Source of the DNA: Flectonema sp. DT1601
Lineage: Eukaryota
Assembly (NCBI GenBank): GCA_964019425.1
Contig: OZ025781.1
Coordinates: 1-64,000, forward strand
Length of the DNA: 64,000 bases
Reading direction: 5' to 3'
Shown: positions 17,888 through 28,593 of the stretch, piece after piece
Position numbering within the stretch: the first letter of the stretch is position 1
Layout of the letters: each line of letters begins with the position of its first letter
Position numbers and translations under genes: made by a program
Notes under the pieces: model-generated
What the model saw: only the letters and a program-made list of their open reading frames with translations
Told to the model about the DNA's origin: nothing
The model's database searches: none

Positions 17888-18476
17888 GGTTTGCGGGTTT
17901 GCGGGTTTGCGGGTTTGCGGGTTTGCGGGTTTGCGGGTTTGCGGGGTTTGCGGGTTTGCGGGTTTGCGGGTTTGCGGGTTTGCGGGTTTGCGGGTTTGCG
18001 GGTTTGCGGGTTTGCGGGTTTGCGGGTTTGCGGGTTTGCGGGTTTGCGGGTTTGCGGGTTTGCGGGTTTGCGGGTTTGCGGGTTTGCGGGTTTGCGGGTT
18101 TGCGGGTTTGCGGGTTTGCGGGTTTGCGGGTTTGCGGGTTTGCGGGTTTGCGGGTTTGCGGGTTTGCGGGTTTGCGGGTTTGCGGGTTTGCGGGTTTGCG
18201 GGTTTGCGGGTTTGCGGGTTTGCGGGTTTGCGGGTTTGCGGGTTTGCGGGTTTGCGGGTTTGCGGGTTTGCGGGTTTGCGGGTTTGCGGGTTTGCGGGTT
18301 TGCGGGTTTGCGGGTTTGCGGGTTTGCGGGTTTGCGGGTTTGCGGGTTTGCGGGTTTGCGGGTTTGCGGGTTTGCGGGTTTGCGGGTTTGCGGGTTTGCG
18401 GGTTTGCGGGTTTGCGGGTTTGCGGGTTTGCGGGTTTGCGGGTTTGCGGGTTTGCGGGTTTGCGGGTTTGCGGGTT
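17888..18476 (+). repeat. (GGGTTTGC)n, ~73 units
   Basis: Direct reading; one GGGG variant near 17943. Confidence 0.99.
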
Positions 18477-20427
18477 CACGTTTCAGCTCTGAACACGCAG
18501 AAGAATTGGTAAACTGTGGGATTGCGGTACCTGTTAGCACGGCCCCTTTGTCTGAGAACATACCTTTTACAGTGTATGAGGAGAGGGAGACTGGGAACAG
18601 GCAACGCTTCATTTTATGGACGCGAGAAGCAAATGAAAACCTGACAGATTTTGGATATGAGCCGAATGTCCCACTAAAACATATCTCATACTACTTGGAT
18701 GCAGTTCGTTCTGAGGTGGCTTCATGCAGGGATTTCAAGACTGGTTTCTTTCAGATCCAAATACCAGAACAGTCACAGAAGTTCTTTACATTTTTCGATT
18801 CATCTGGAAGGACCTTTGCTTTGACACGACTGCCAATGGGACATGTTTGTGCACCGGAAATCATGAACACCATTGCAGCAGTTGTGGCCGGTGATCCAAT
18901 GTTTGTGAGGGAGGAGTTTGCTGAGAAACATGTTGGTATTCATTGGTGGATTGACAACATAAGGTTGTTTGGTAAGAAGGAAGATGTAGAGGCGGCGACA
19001 AGAAGAATGGATGGATTTGCTAAGGAAGCGAGAGTAACATGGAAGCCCAGTGACACAGTGAACTTGTCGCAGGATTATGAATTTCTGGGTGTTTCATTCT
19101 CTCACTGTGATGAGGTCGTTTCTTTAGGTTCTAAGATTAAGAGGAAGATTTCAACGTGTGTTCTATCAGGTTTGAGTGCATCACAGCTTGAATCGCTGGG
19201 GGGCCGCCTTCTACATGCGAGTGCCATCGTGGGGGTCTCACCTGGAAAGTATTGGTTTGCCCTGAAGTACATGCGCAGGATCACAAACCGCCTGAACTAC
19301 GGCTCTATACAGGTGCAGGATCATGTTACTATTCCCTTGTCGGTTAAGAAGGAACTTTCAAGTTGGATTCAGGCGGTTCAGCGCACTAGGAAGATTCTTC
19401 CTGAAAGAAAAAGTGGTAGGACTGCAGAGGTGTTTGTTGATGCCTCCCTCAAAGGGTGGGGAGGTGTTATTGTTTGGAATAGCGGTGAATTGGATATTGT
19501 GGGATCTTCATGGCCTCAAGGTGAAGATCGTCATATCAATGTGCTTGAGGCAGATGCCTTAGGGCAGACATTAAAAGCCATCAAAGCTGCAGACCACCTT
19601 ACTATAATGGGTGGACAATACCACGGTAATGCGGAGTTTTTAGGAAAAAGATGTCTGTTAAGTCATTCATTTTGAACAAGTGTTTGGTCAAGGCCATTGA
19701 TTTTCTTTTTCTTTTGAAATGTTCCTACACCCTTGGATGGGTTAGTACGAAGTACAATCCTGCTGACATTCCTTCAAGGGAGACTGTTTCTCATTCGACC
19801 AAGGGGAAGGTTAAACAAGCGTTGGGGGACTTTTTCAACATGCGCAGGGGTGGTGGAGCTGAGTCCAACGAAAACGGACTTCAGTTACCCCGCCGCAGCG
19901 AGCCACCTTGAACCAGGGTGTTCTTGCAATCGCGCGTTCTAGTGTAATCGCTTGTTATTGGTGCGTGTGTAGTTTTTAAGTTTTATTATTTCGACAGGTG
20001 CAAAGCATGGAAGGACAATTACTAGAATTCATTCAGGTAATTTTCCACCAAGCTTAGCACCGGAAAGAAATAATCAAAGGAATCAGACAGAAAGGTGTAT
20101 GATTCCGGAGTTGGAAAAATGAACAAAACAACAGACATTTTTATATATTCTTTAGCCTTCTATTTTTTCAAAAAGAAATTCTTTATACAGCTCGATCACT
20201 TCTTTCTCTCACACTCACGTTTTCGAAGCCCACCCTCCTCACCCCTCCACCCCGTGGTGGAGCTGAGTCCAACGAAAACGGACTTCAGTTACCCCGCCGC
20301 AGCGAGCCACCTTGAACCAGGGTGTTCTTGCAATCGCGCGTTCTAGTGTAATCGCTTGTTATTGGTGCGTGTGTAGTTTTTAAGTTTTATTATTTCGACA
20401 GGTGCAAAGCATGGAAGGACAATTACT
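18477..20427 (+). mobile_element. 5'-truncated YR retrotransposon E4 (RT/RNaseH pseudogene plus B1-A2-spacer-B2)
   Basis: RQRFILWTREAN, RDFKTGF, WWIDNIRL, FVDAS..GWGG; frameshifts near 19610-19650. Direct repeat ~19850-20022 = 20254-20427, with a C-rich spacer at 20229-20253. Confidence 0.88.
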
Positions 20428-20467
20428 CTTCATATTATTTTTTTTTTTTTTTCTGCCTCTCCCTTAA

Positions 20468-23400
20468 TCCACGTTCAAAATTTGAAAAAACCGGCAGCTC
20501 CACACAAAGTTTTAAAAAACCAGCAGCTCCACACAAAGTTTCAGAAACGCACAAAATTTTAAAAAACCGGCAGCTCCATACAAAGTTTCAAAAAACTGGC
20601 AGTTCCACACACAAAATTTAAAAACCGGCGGCTCCACACAAAGTTTTGAAAAACTGGCAGCTCCACACAAAATTTTGAAAAACTGGCTCCACACACAAAG
20701 TTTAAAAAAACCTGCGAAAACTGGCAGCTCCACACAAAGTTTCAAAAAACTGGCAGTTCTACGTTCAAAATTTGAAAAAACCGGCAGCTCCATACAAAGT
20801 TTTGAAAAAAAACTGACAGCTCCACACAAAGTTTTGAAAAACTGGCAACTCCACACAAAGTTTTGAAAAACTGGCTCAACACACAAAGTTTAAAAAAACC
20901 GGCGAAAACTGGCAGCTCCACTCACAAAATTTCAAAAAACCAGCAGCCCCATACAAAGTTTCAAAAAACTGGCAGTTCCACGTTCAAAATTTAAAAAAAC
21001 CGGCAGCTCCACACAAAGTTTTGAAAAAAAACTGACAGCTCCACACAAAGTTTTGAAAAACTGGCAACTCCACACAAAGTTTTGAAAAACTGGCTCAACA
21101 CACAAAGTTTAAAAAAACCGGCGAAAACTGGCAGCTCCACTCACAAAATTTCAAAAAACCAGCAGCCCCATACAAAGTTTCAAAAAACTGGCAGTTCCAC
21201 GTTCAAAATTTGAAAAAACCGGCAGCTCCACACAAAGTTTTGAAAAAAAACTGACAGCTCCACTCACAAAATTTTAAAAAACCAGCAGCTCCATACAAAG
21301 TTTCAAAAAACTGGCAGTTCCACGTTCAAAATTTGAAAAAACCGGCAGCTCCACACAAAGTTTTAAAAAACCAGAAACGCACAAAATTTTAAAAAACCGG
21401 CAGCTCCATACAAAGTTTCAAAAAACTGGCAGTTCCACACACAAAATTTAAAAACCGGCGGCTCCACACAAAGTTTTGAAAAACTGGCAGCTCCACACAA
21501 AATTTTGAAAAACTGGCTCCACACACAAAGTTTAAAAAAACCTGCGAAAACTGGCAGCTCCACACAAAGTTTCAAAAAACTGGCAGTTCTACGTTCAAAA
21601 TTTGAAAAAACCGGCAGCTCCACACAAAGTTTTGAAAAAAAACTGACAGCTCCACTCACAAAATTTTAAAAAACCAGTAGCTCCATACAAAGTTTTGAAA
21701 AAAAACTGACAGCTCCACTCACAAAATTTTAAAAAACCAGCAGCTCCATACAAAGTTTCAAAAAACTGGCAGTTCAACGTTCAAAATTTGAAAAAACCGG
21801 CAGCTCCACACAAAGTTTTGAAAAAAAACTGACAGCTCCACACAAAGTTTTGAAAAAAAACTGACAGCTCCACTCACAAAATTTTAAAAAACCAGTAGCT
21901 CCATACAAAGTTTTGAAAAAAAACTGACAGCTCCACTCACAAAATTTTAAAAAACCAGCAGCTCCATACAAAGTTTCAAAAAACTGGCAGTTCAACGTTC
22001 AAAATTTGAAAAAACCGGCAGCTCCACACAAAGTTTTGAAAAAAAACTGACAGCTCCACACAAAGTTTTGAAAAAAAACTGACAGCTCCACTCACAAAAT
22101 TTTAAAAAACCAGTAGCTCCATACAAAGTTTTGAAAAAAAACTGACAGCTCCACTCACAAAATTTTAAAAAACCAGCAGCTCCATACAAAGTTTCAAAAA
22201 ACTGGCAGTTCCACGTTCAAAATTTGAAAAAACCGGCAGCTCCACACAAAGTTTTAAAAAACCAGAAACGCACAAAATTTTAAAAAACCGGCAGCTCCAT
22301 ACAAAGTTTCAAAAAACTGGCAGTTCCACACACAAAATTTAAAAACCGGCGGCTCCACACAAAGTTTTGAAAAACTGGCAGCTCCACACAAAATTTTGAA
22401 AAACTGGCTCCACACACAAAGTTTAAAAAAACCTGCGAAAACTGGCAGCTCCACACAAAGTTTCAAAAAACTGGCAGTTCTACGTTCAAAATTTGAAAAA
22501 ACCGGCAGCTCCACACAAAGTTTTGAAAAAAAACTGACAGCTCCACTCACAAAATTTTAAAAAACCAGCAGCTCCATACAAAGTTTCAAAAAACTGGCAG
22601 TTCCACGTTCAAAATTTGAAAAAACCGGCAGCTCCACACAAAGTTTTAAAAAACCAGAAACGCACAAAATTTTAAAAAACCGGCAGCTCCATACAAAGTT
22701 TCAAAAAACTGGCAGTTCCACACACAAAATTTAAAAACCGGCGGCTCCACACAAAGTTTTGAAAAACTGGCAGCTCCACACAAAATTTTGAAAAACTGGC
22801 TCCACACACAAAGTTTAAAAAAACCTGCGAAAACTGGCAGCTCCACACAAAGTTTCAAAAAACTGGCAGTTCTACGTTCAAAATTTGAAAAAACCGGCAG
22901 CTCCACACAAAGTTTTGAAAAAAAACTGACAGCTCCACTCACAAAATTTTAAAAAACCAGTAGCTCCATACAAAGTTTTGAAAAAAAACTGACAGCTCCA
23001 CTCACAAAATTTTAAAAAACCAGCAGCTCCATACAAAGTTTCAAAAAACTGGCAGTTCAACGTTCAAAATTTGAAAAAACCGGCAGCTCCACACAAAGTT
23101 TTGAAAAAAAACTGACAGCTCCACACAAAGTTTTGAAAAAAAACTGACAGCTCCACTCACAAAATTTTAAAAAACCAGTAGCTCCATACAAAGTTTTGAA
23201 AAAAAACTGACAGCTCCACTCACAAAATTTTAAAAAACCAGCAGCTCCATACAAAGTTTCAAAAAACTGGCAGTTCCACGTTCAAAATTTGAAAAAACCG
23301 GCAGCTCCACACAAAGTTTTAAAAAACCAGAAACGCACAAAATTTTAAAAAACCGGCAGCTCCATACAAAGTTTCAAAAAACTGGCAGTTCCACACACAA

Positions 23401-23997
23401 AATTTAAAAACCGGCGGCTCCACACAAAGTTTTGAAAAACTGGCAGCTCCACACAAAATTTTGAAAAACTGGCTCCACACACAAAGTTTAAAAAAACCTG
23501 CGAAAACTGGCAGCTCCACACAAAGTTTCAAAAAACTGGCAGTTCTACGTTCAAAATTTGAAAAAACCGGCAGCTCCACACAAAGTTTTGAAAAAAAACT
23601 GACAGCTCCACTCACAAAATTTTAAAAAACCAGTAGCTCCATACAAAGTTTTGAAAAAAAACTGACAGCTCCACTCACAAAATTTTAAAAAACCAGCAGC
23701 TCCATACAAAGTTTCAAAAAACTGGCAGTTCCACGTTCAAAATTTGAAAAAACCGGCAGCTCCACACAAAGTTTTAAAAAACCAGAAACGCACAAAATTT
23801 TAAAAAACCGGCAGCTCCATACAAAGTTTCAAAAAACTGGCAGTTCCACACACAAAATTTAAAAACCGGCGGCTCCACACAAAGTTTTGAAAAACTGGCA
23901 GCTCCACACAAAATTTTGAAAAACTGGCTCCACACACAAAGTTTAAAAAAACCTGCGAAAACTGGCAGCTCCACACAAAGTTTCAAAAAACTGGCAG
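20468..23997. repeat. AT-rich satellite, ~28-33 bp monomers (AAAAACYGGCAGCTCCACACAAAGTTTT) in higher-order blocks
   Basis: Direct reading; identical blocks recur (e.g. 21363, 22254, 22646, 23319, 23774). Confidence 0.97.
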
Positions 23998-24093
23998 CGG
24001 GGTTTGAGCCGAGGCCGATTGGGTGCGGGGGCACCACCCCATCCACTGCACTATGACGCCCCCCAAATATGCCGTATTTTATTTATTTATACC

Positions 24094-24177
24094 GTAACAG
24101 GGAATTGAACCCGTGCCACGGCTACCGAATAGACTTAAGGTCGGTGACCATATCCACTCGGCTATGCAGTCCGTTAC
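24094..24177 (-). pseudogene. tRNA-Leu(TAA)-like degenerate sequence
   Basis: GTAACGG/CTGTTAC terminal stem, TAGCCGAGTGG A box, GAC-CTTAA-GTC arm, GGTTCAATTCCC B box; spacing is non-canonical. Confidence 0.45.
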
Positions 24178-24681
24178 TTCCCACCTTTTTTTTTTTTTTT
24201 TTTTTTTGGTTACACTCGTTTGTGCTACCAAACTCTTTGTTTTTGTTCTTTTCACTTCTATGTTTTGTCTTTCTTTTATACTTTCTTTTTGACTTAAGTC
24301 TGACAAATTGGAAAACACGGGAAACATAGGTAGGCTCCGCCTGAGGACGTAAGAAGAGCGGCAACGGAAAAAATAAATGGTCACGCGTCCTTGAAATTGG
24401 ACACACGAAGCTAATTCGGTTACCATTCCTACCATCGATAAGGAAAACAAAGAGTCGAGCATATAACTAGAGCGGTGGTCAAAGACCACTTGAACAGCCC
24501 GAAGGCCTGCCCTCAAGAGAAATTTATAAGGAGAATAGGAGAAGAAGGAGACAGGAGTGTTGGAAGAGACACTGCGACAACACCGAAGGTGATGTGCAGT
24601 TACCCAACCAGGAGATGATTGATAATGATGAAAATACTAAAATAATAACAAATTGATATTGGCGACTACATGTCACCTACT

Positions 24682-27600
24682 TTACTTCCAAAGTCTAAGG
24701 TTAGATGTCTGTTCCATCCACCTTATGATCAACGCGAGTGATGGAAGCCACGCCAAAGTGAAGAGAGCTTCAAGGTTAGGAATTTCGTTGGCAATAATAA
24801 GTTCTCGATCGCGATCCCACTTGCCGGTCAGTGTTGAGAAGCCCAGGATTTTGAACCTGGCCGAGTCGAGTTTGGGAGATTGACATCCCTGCAGCAGGTG
24901 AACCTGTGAGGACGGTTCGCCACAAAATGGGCAGTCGATCGTCTTGCGCCAGTTCTGAATTAGCGGGTGACATCCTGTCCGGAAGTTCGCTATCCGTATC
25001 TCGTCGGCTCTTTCCATCCCAGGAGGGTATTTAACGGAACGGCCTCTGATGAGGTGTTTGTAGCAGGTGTAACCACTCACGTTAAGCAGATCCTTTTTGA
25101 TGCAGCGCTTAACATGTGATGATCGCGAGAAGTAAGTGCCTTTGACTAGCACAGGTCGGATGTTCTTGTTGTGCGCTGCTTCCTTTGCAAGCGCGTCAAC
25201 TTCATCGTGAAACTCGATTCCAATGTGCGAGGGGATGAATTGCAAATGCACTTTCATTTCACACATGCGCAGGTATTCCAGTATCTTCAAGGACTCAGTA
25301 TTCTTCTGTCTGCACCTTCCACCCAGCAGTTCATCCAGAAGGGATTTTGAGTCCGTGAATATCCTCACAGATTTCATTGAACGATCTTTGCTAAACACCG
25401 TTTTCAGATGTCTAGCCGCGTTCTTCAGAGCATGTTGTTCAGTCCTATAGCTGCAGTCAGCTTGATAAAGCCTAGACGCGTATGCAGATCGAAGGCCGCT
25501 ACGTGACTTGGCAATATGAGCCGCACCGGCCGCGCCGGAAGCAGAGTAGGAGCCATCGCAGTTGATTACCATGTCGACAGGAGGTAACGTTCCAATGTAC
25601 GACATGAATTTTTCTTTGTCCACCGCAGGGTTCGCGGACTTCGGAAATCCGCAGCTGTTGCTAATCCTAAGGTTCGTCGGAGATATCCAGGGTTCCATCG
25701 AGTCAGGCTGCACTAAGCACTGGCTTTCACGCTGACTATCAGTGCCAGGGATTAGGCCAGCCCAGTAGCTTTGTGTTGAGGCGAGTCTGTTTGTATTAGG
25801 TATCCAAGTCATGGCTTTATACCTGTAGTATGCAATTTTTGTCTGCTTTTCAATCTGACGTTTAAAAGGATACATGTCAGACTCCCACAACAGTAACTCT
25901 CTTGGCGTACACTTGCTGCATCCAGTAACCAGTCTGGCGACCTTCCTCAGTTCGAAGTCGATGCTGTCAACGCTGCTGCTTATCAACCAACCAAAACTGT
26001 CAAGCGCATATGAGATTCTCGCGGTTACATAAAGGTTCTTAACCATGTTAAGAGTCTTGTAGTCCAGTTCGTACGGCTGGAGGCACTGCAGAAGTGATAT
26101 CCCCCTCTTTAATTCTTCGTGAATCTTGCCTACTTGTTTGTGGAAGGTGAGCCTGTCGTCGATGTGAACTCCGAGGTATTTTACTGAGTCGACTATCGGT
26201 AACAGAAAGGCAGTTTTGAATATTGCTCTCACAACCATAATGCTGTCCTCACGAACGACGTATTGCAGCATCAAGTTGTCGAGTTCTTCATGTGTCTTGA
26301 TTGGGATTCCTCCAATTTCAAGAATCGTTTCGCCACTTTGAAGCATGGGTCTGGGTGATTTGAGATTGATATGCTTCTCGATGTCACCATAGTCAAGTTT
26401 AAGCATGCGTTCCTCAACAGATCTAGAGAAAAGCAGTTCGCGATTACACGTATCGTTTAGTACTATGCCCTTCGAGCGAACATTCATCTTAAGCGCACAG
26501 GTTTTGGAGACCGATAAGGCCATGTCGTTTTCAAAACACCATTGATCCACTTTGTCGAGTACTAATTGAGCATTCGAAAGAGCTTCTTCCATGTTTGATC
26601 CTGACACTACACAGGCTGTGTCATCAGCATACAGAGCAGACGTCGTTGTTTCCTTCTCCAGTTCCAAAATCTTGCAGAGGTCATCAACGTAGATAAGATA
26701 GAGAAGAGGACCCAGGATCGATCCCTGGGGAACCCCCTTAGCCAGAGTACGGAATTCGCTAAAATGACCATTTGCTTCAACTCTAACCTTCCTGTTTGTA
26801 AGAAAGTCTGTGATCCATCTGATAATAACATTTGGAACACCCATCTTTACTAATTTTAATATAAGTATCTTATGGTTGATCCTGTCAAACGCAGCAGTAA
26901 AGTCGAATGACAAGAACACTGATCTCTTTTCTTCCATGTGGCTCCTTACGATAGCATCCACTAGAACGGTGATCTGCTCGCAGGTATTTCTCCCCTTTCT
27001 GAATCCAGCCTGTAGTGGGCTGAGCGACGAATGTTTTGTGAGCCAGTGCATGAGTCGGTCATACACGAGCCTCTCCGCAAGTTTCCCAACAACCGAGGTG
27101 AGCGTAATGGGTCTGAAACTCTTCAGCTCATTTCGAGGTTTTCCAGCCTTGAACATAGGCTTGATTAAACCTTGTTTCCACTGGTACGGTACTTTTGAAG
27201 TCTTCCAGGAAGTGTTAATAATTCTCAAGAGGTATTCCACTGTTGCCGGAGTGAAGTTTTTGATCATCTCATTGTGAACTCCATCAGGTCCTGCAGCCTT
27301 GCGGGTCTTCAGGTTCTTAATCGCAGCTTTAATTTCAGCCATTGTGAAATCACAGCAAATATCTATTTCATTATCACCTTCTGAGAGTGCGGGGGCCTCT
27401 AGCGATAATATTTCCGATTTCGAGACAAACAGGTCCAAGAATGCTGATGGGAGATCGCAGTCAGAGATATTGTTGACACTGATATCCTTACCAGCATCTT
27501 GCTGCAGTTCTTTGATCTTCTTAAACGCAAAGGCAAAGTTGTTACCCTTGTCAAGTTGATCACGTAGGTGGACACCCTTCGATTTGGTAGAATCGGGAGT

Positions 27601-28593
27601 TGACGTCTTCCACTTTCGTCTCCGTTTTCCTTTGAAAAGGAGACGTCGACGAATGAATTTAGCCGCCACTTCATGCAGTATGTTGTTAAAGAGCTTGGCA
27701 TTCGCAGTTGCATCATCGGAGAGTCTTGATTTTCTAATTCTCTTTTCGAGCATGGTCCCAAAGCAGTTCCAGTCCGTAGACTTGAAGTCCCATACAACGC
27801 GTTTCTTCGAACCTATCGTGGCCCGTGCAAGTTGGCACATGGGATCCAGTACGGTGTAGAGAGGTCGATGATCTGACCCATGTTTATTATCTTCTTCAAT
27901 TGCACTAAATTCTTCAAGAACCATCGAGTTTGAAAAGAATACTACATCTGGCGAGGTACCACCCCCCGGGACGTCAGGAAAAGGCCTTGTGATTGACCCC
28001 ATCTTGTTAGCAACCAGTAGATCATTTTGAGCTGCCCATTCATGTAAAGTTGAACCTGCTCTCGTCGATTTAAGTGACCACACCGGATGATGGGCATTAA
28101 AGTCACCCGCGACGATTGCTTTCGTTGAGACTGGAAGATCTGACTCTCTGATCATGCATCCCGGGGGAGCATAAACATTGATGATGTCAATCTTTCCACC
28201 TATGTTGACCTTCACGACCTCGACATCATTTAAGTGTGGCGGAAGCTCCATGTTCAAACGCTGCTGAGTGTGGCATTTTTTCACCATAGAAATAACCCCT
28301 CCACCTCGTGTTGCCCTATCATTCCGATAGGTGAAATAGTCCGTGTGCGAAATTACATCATTCGTCCAAGTCTCCTGTAGGCACAGTACGTCAGGCGCAT
28401 AGGCATTTAGCAGCTTGTGAATATAAGCGCCTTTGTTCCCCATCGATCGACAGTTCCAGCTCAGTAGAGATATGAGAGAGTTGTCAGGGCCAGGGTTGCG
28501 TTCGACGTCGCCTGCCTTTAGCAGCAGTTCACGAGCCGTATCCTTTTCCACAAGTGAGTTGGTCGGATTGAGTTCATCCTCATCGTCATCTAG
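24682..28593 (-). CDS. LINE ORF2: 2A peptide, AP endonuclease, RT, RNase H, CCHC knuckle
   Basis: DVERNPGP; APE SWNCRS, LQET, GDFNAH, SDHRP; RT GVPQGS, LYADD, KYLG; RNase H CDGS, FTDS, PSHIG; CPFC-x8-H-x4-C. Confidence 0.93.
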   Translation of the reverse strand, partial: LDDDEDELNPTNSLVEKDTARELLLKAGDVERNPGPDNSLISLLSWNCRSMGNKGAYIHKLLNAYAPDVLCLQETWTNDVISHTDYFTYRNDRATRGGGVISMVKKCHTQQRLNMELPPHLNDVEVVKVNIGGKIDIINVYAPPGCMIRESDLPVSTKAIVAGDFNAHHPVWSLKSTRAGSTLHEWAAQNDLLVANKMGSITRPFPDVPGGGTSPDVVFFSNSMVLEEFSAIEEDNKHGSDHRPLYTVLDPMCQLARATIGSKKRVVWDFKSTDWNCFGTMLEKRIRKSRLSDDATANAKLFNNILHEVAAKFIRRRLLFKGKRRRKWKTSTPDSTKSKGVHLRDQLDKGNNFAFAFKKIKELQQDAGKDISVNNISDCDLPSAFLDLFVSKSEILSLEAPALSEGDNEIDICCDFTMAEIKAAIKNLKTRKAAGPDGVHNEMIKNFTPATVEYLLRIINTSWKTSKVPYQWKQGLIKPMFKAGKPRNELKSFRPITLTSVVGKLAERLVYDRLMHWLTKHSSLSPLQAGFRKGRNTCEQITVLVDAIVRSHMEEKRSVFLSFDFTAAFDRINHKILILKLVKMGVPNVIIRWITDFLTNRKVRVEANGHFSEFRTLAKGVPQGSILGPLLYLIYVDDLCKILELEKETTTSALYADDTACVVSGSNMEEALSNAQLVLDKVDQWCFENDMALSVSKTCALKMNVRSKGIVLNDTCNRELLFSRSVEERMLKLDYGDIEKHINLKSPRPMLQSGETILEIGGIPIKTHEELDNLMLQYVVREDSIMVVRAIFKTAFLLPIVDSVKYLGVHIDDRLTFHKQVGKIHEELKRGISLLQCLQPYELDYKTLNMVKNLYVTARISYALDSFGWLISSSVDSIDFELRKVARLVTGCSKCTPRELLLWESDMYPFKRQIEKQTKIAYYRYKAMTWIPNTNRLASTQSYWAGLIPGTDSQRESQCLVQPDSMEPWISPTNLRISNSCGFPKSANPAVDKEKFMSYIGTLPPVDMVINCDGSYSASGAAGAAHIAKSRSGLRSAYASRLYQADCSYRTEQHALKNAARHLKTVFSKDRSMKSVRIFTDSKSLLDELLGGRCRQKNTESLKILEYLRMCEMKVHLQFIPSHIGIEFHDEVDALAKEAAHNKNIRPVLVKGTYFSRSSHVKRCIKKDLLNVSGYTCYKHLIRGRSVKYPPGMERADEIRIANFRTGCHPLIQNWRKTIDCPFCGEPSSQVHLLQGCQSPKLDSARFKILGFSTLTGKWDRDRELIIANEIPNLEALFTLAWLPSLALIIRWMEQTSNLRLWK

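Larger units (their letters stand above)
13016..17889 (-). mobile_element. YR retrotransposon E3 (third family), lacking B2
   Basis: A1 17604-17887 = A2 13034-13317. Carries gag, YR and RT/RH ORFs; the right end joins a GGGTTTGC array through GG. Confidence 0.92.

Noticed and set aside
20468..23997. Possible CRISPR array, and ORFs in the satellite
   Set aside because: No unique spacers, no cas genes, eukaryotic context; the ORFs are translations of the repeat.
24094..24177. Functional tRNA genes
   Set aside because: Cloverleaf spacing and stems are irregular, and related copies carry deletions.
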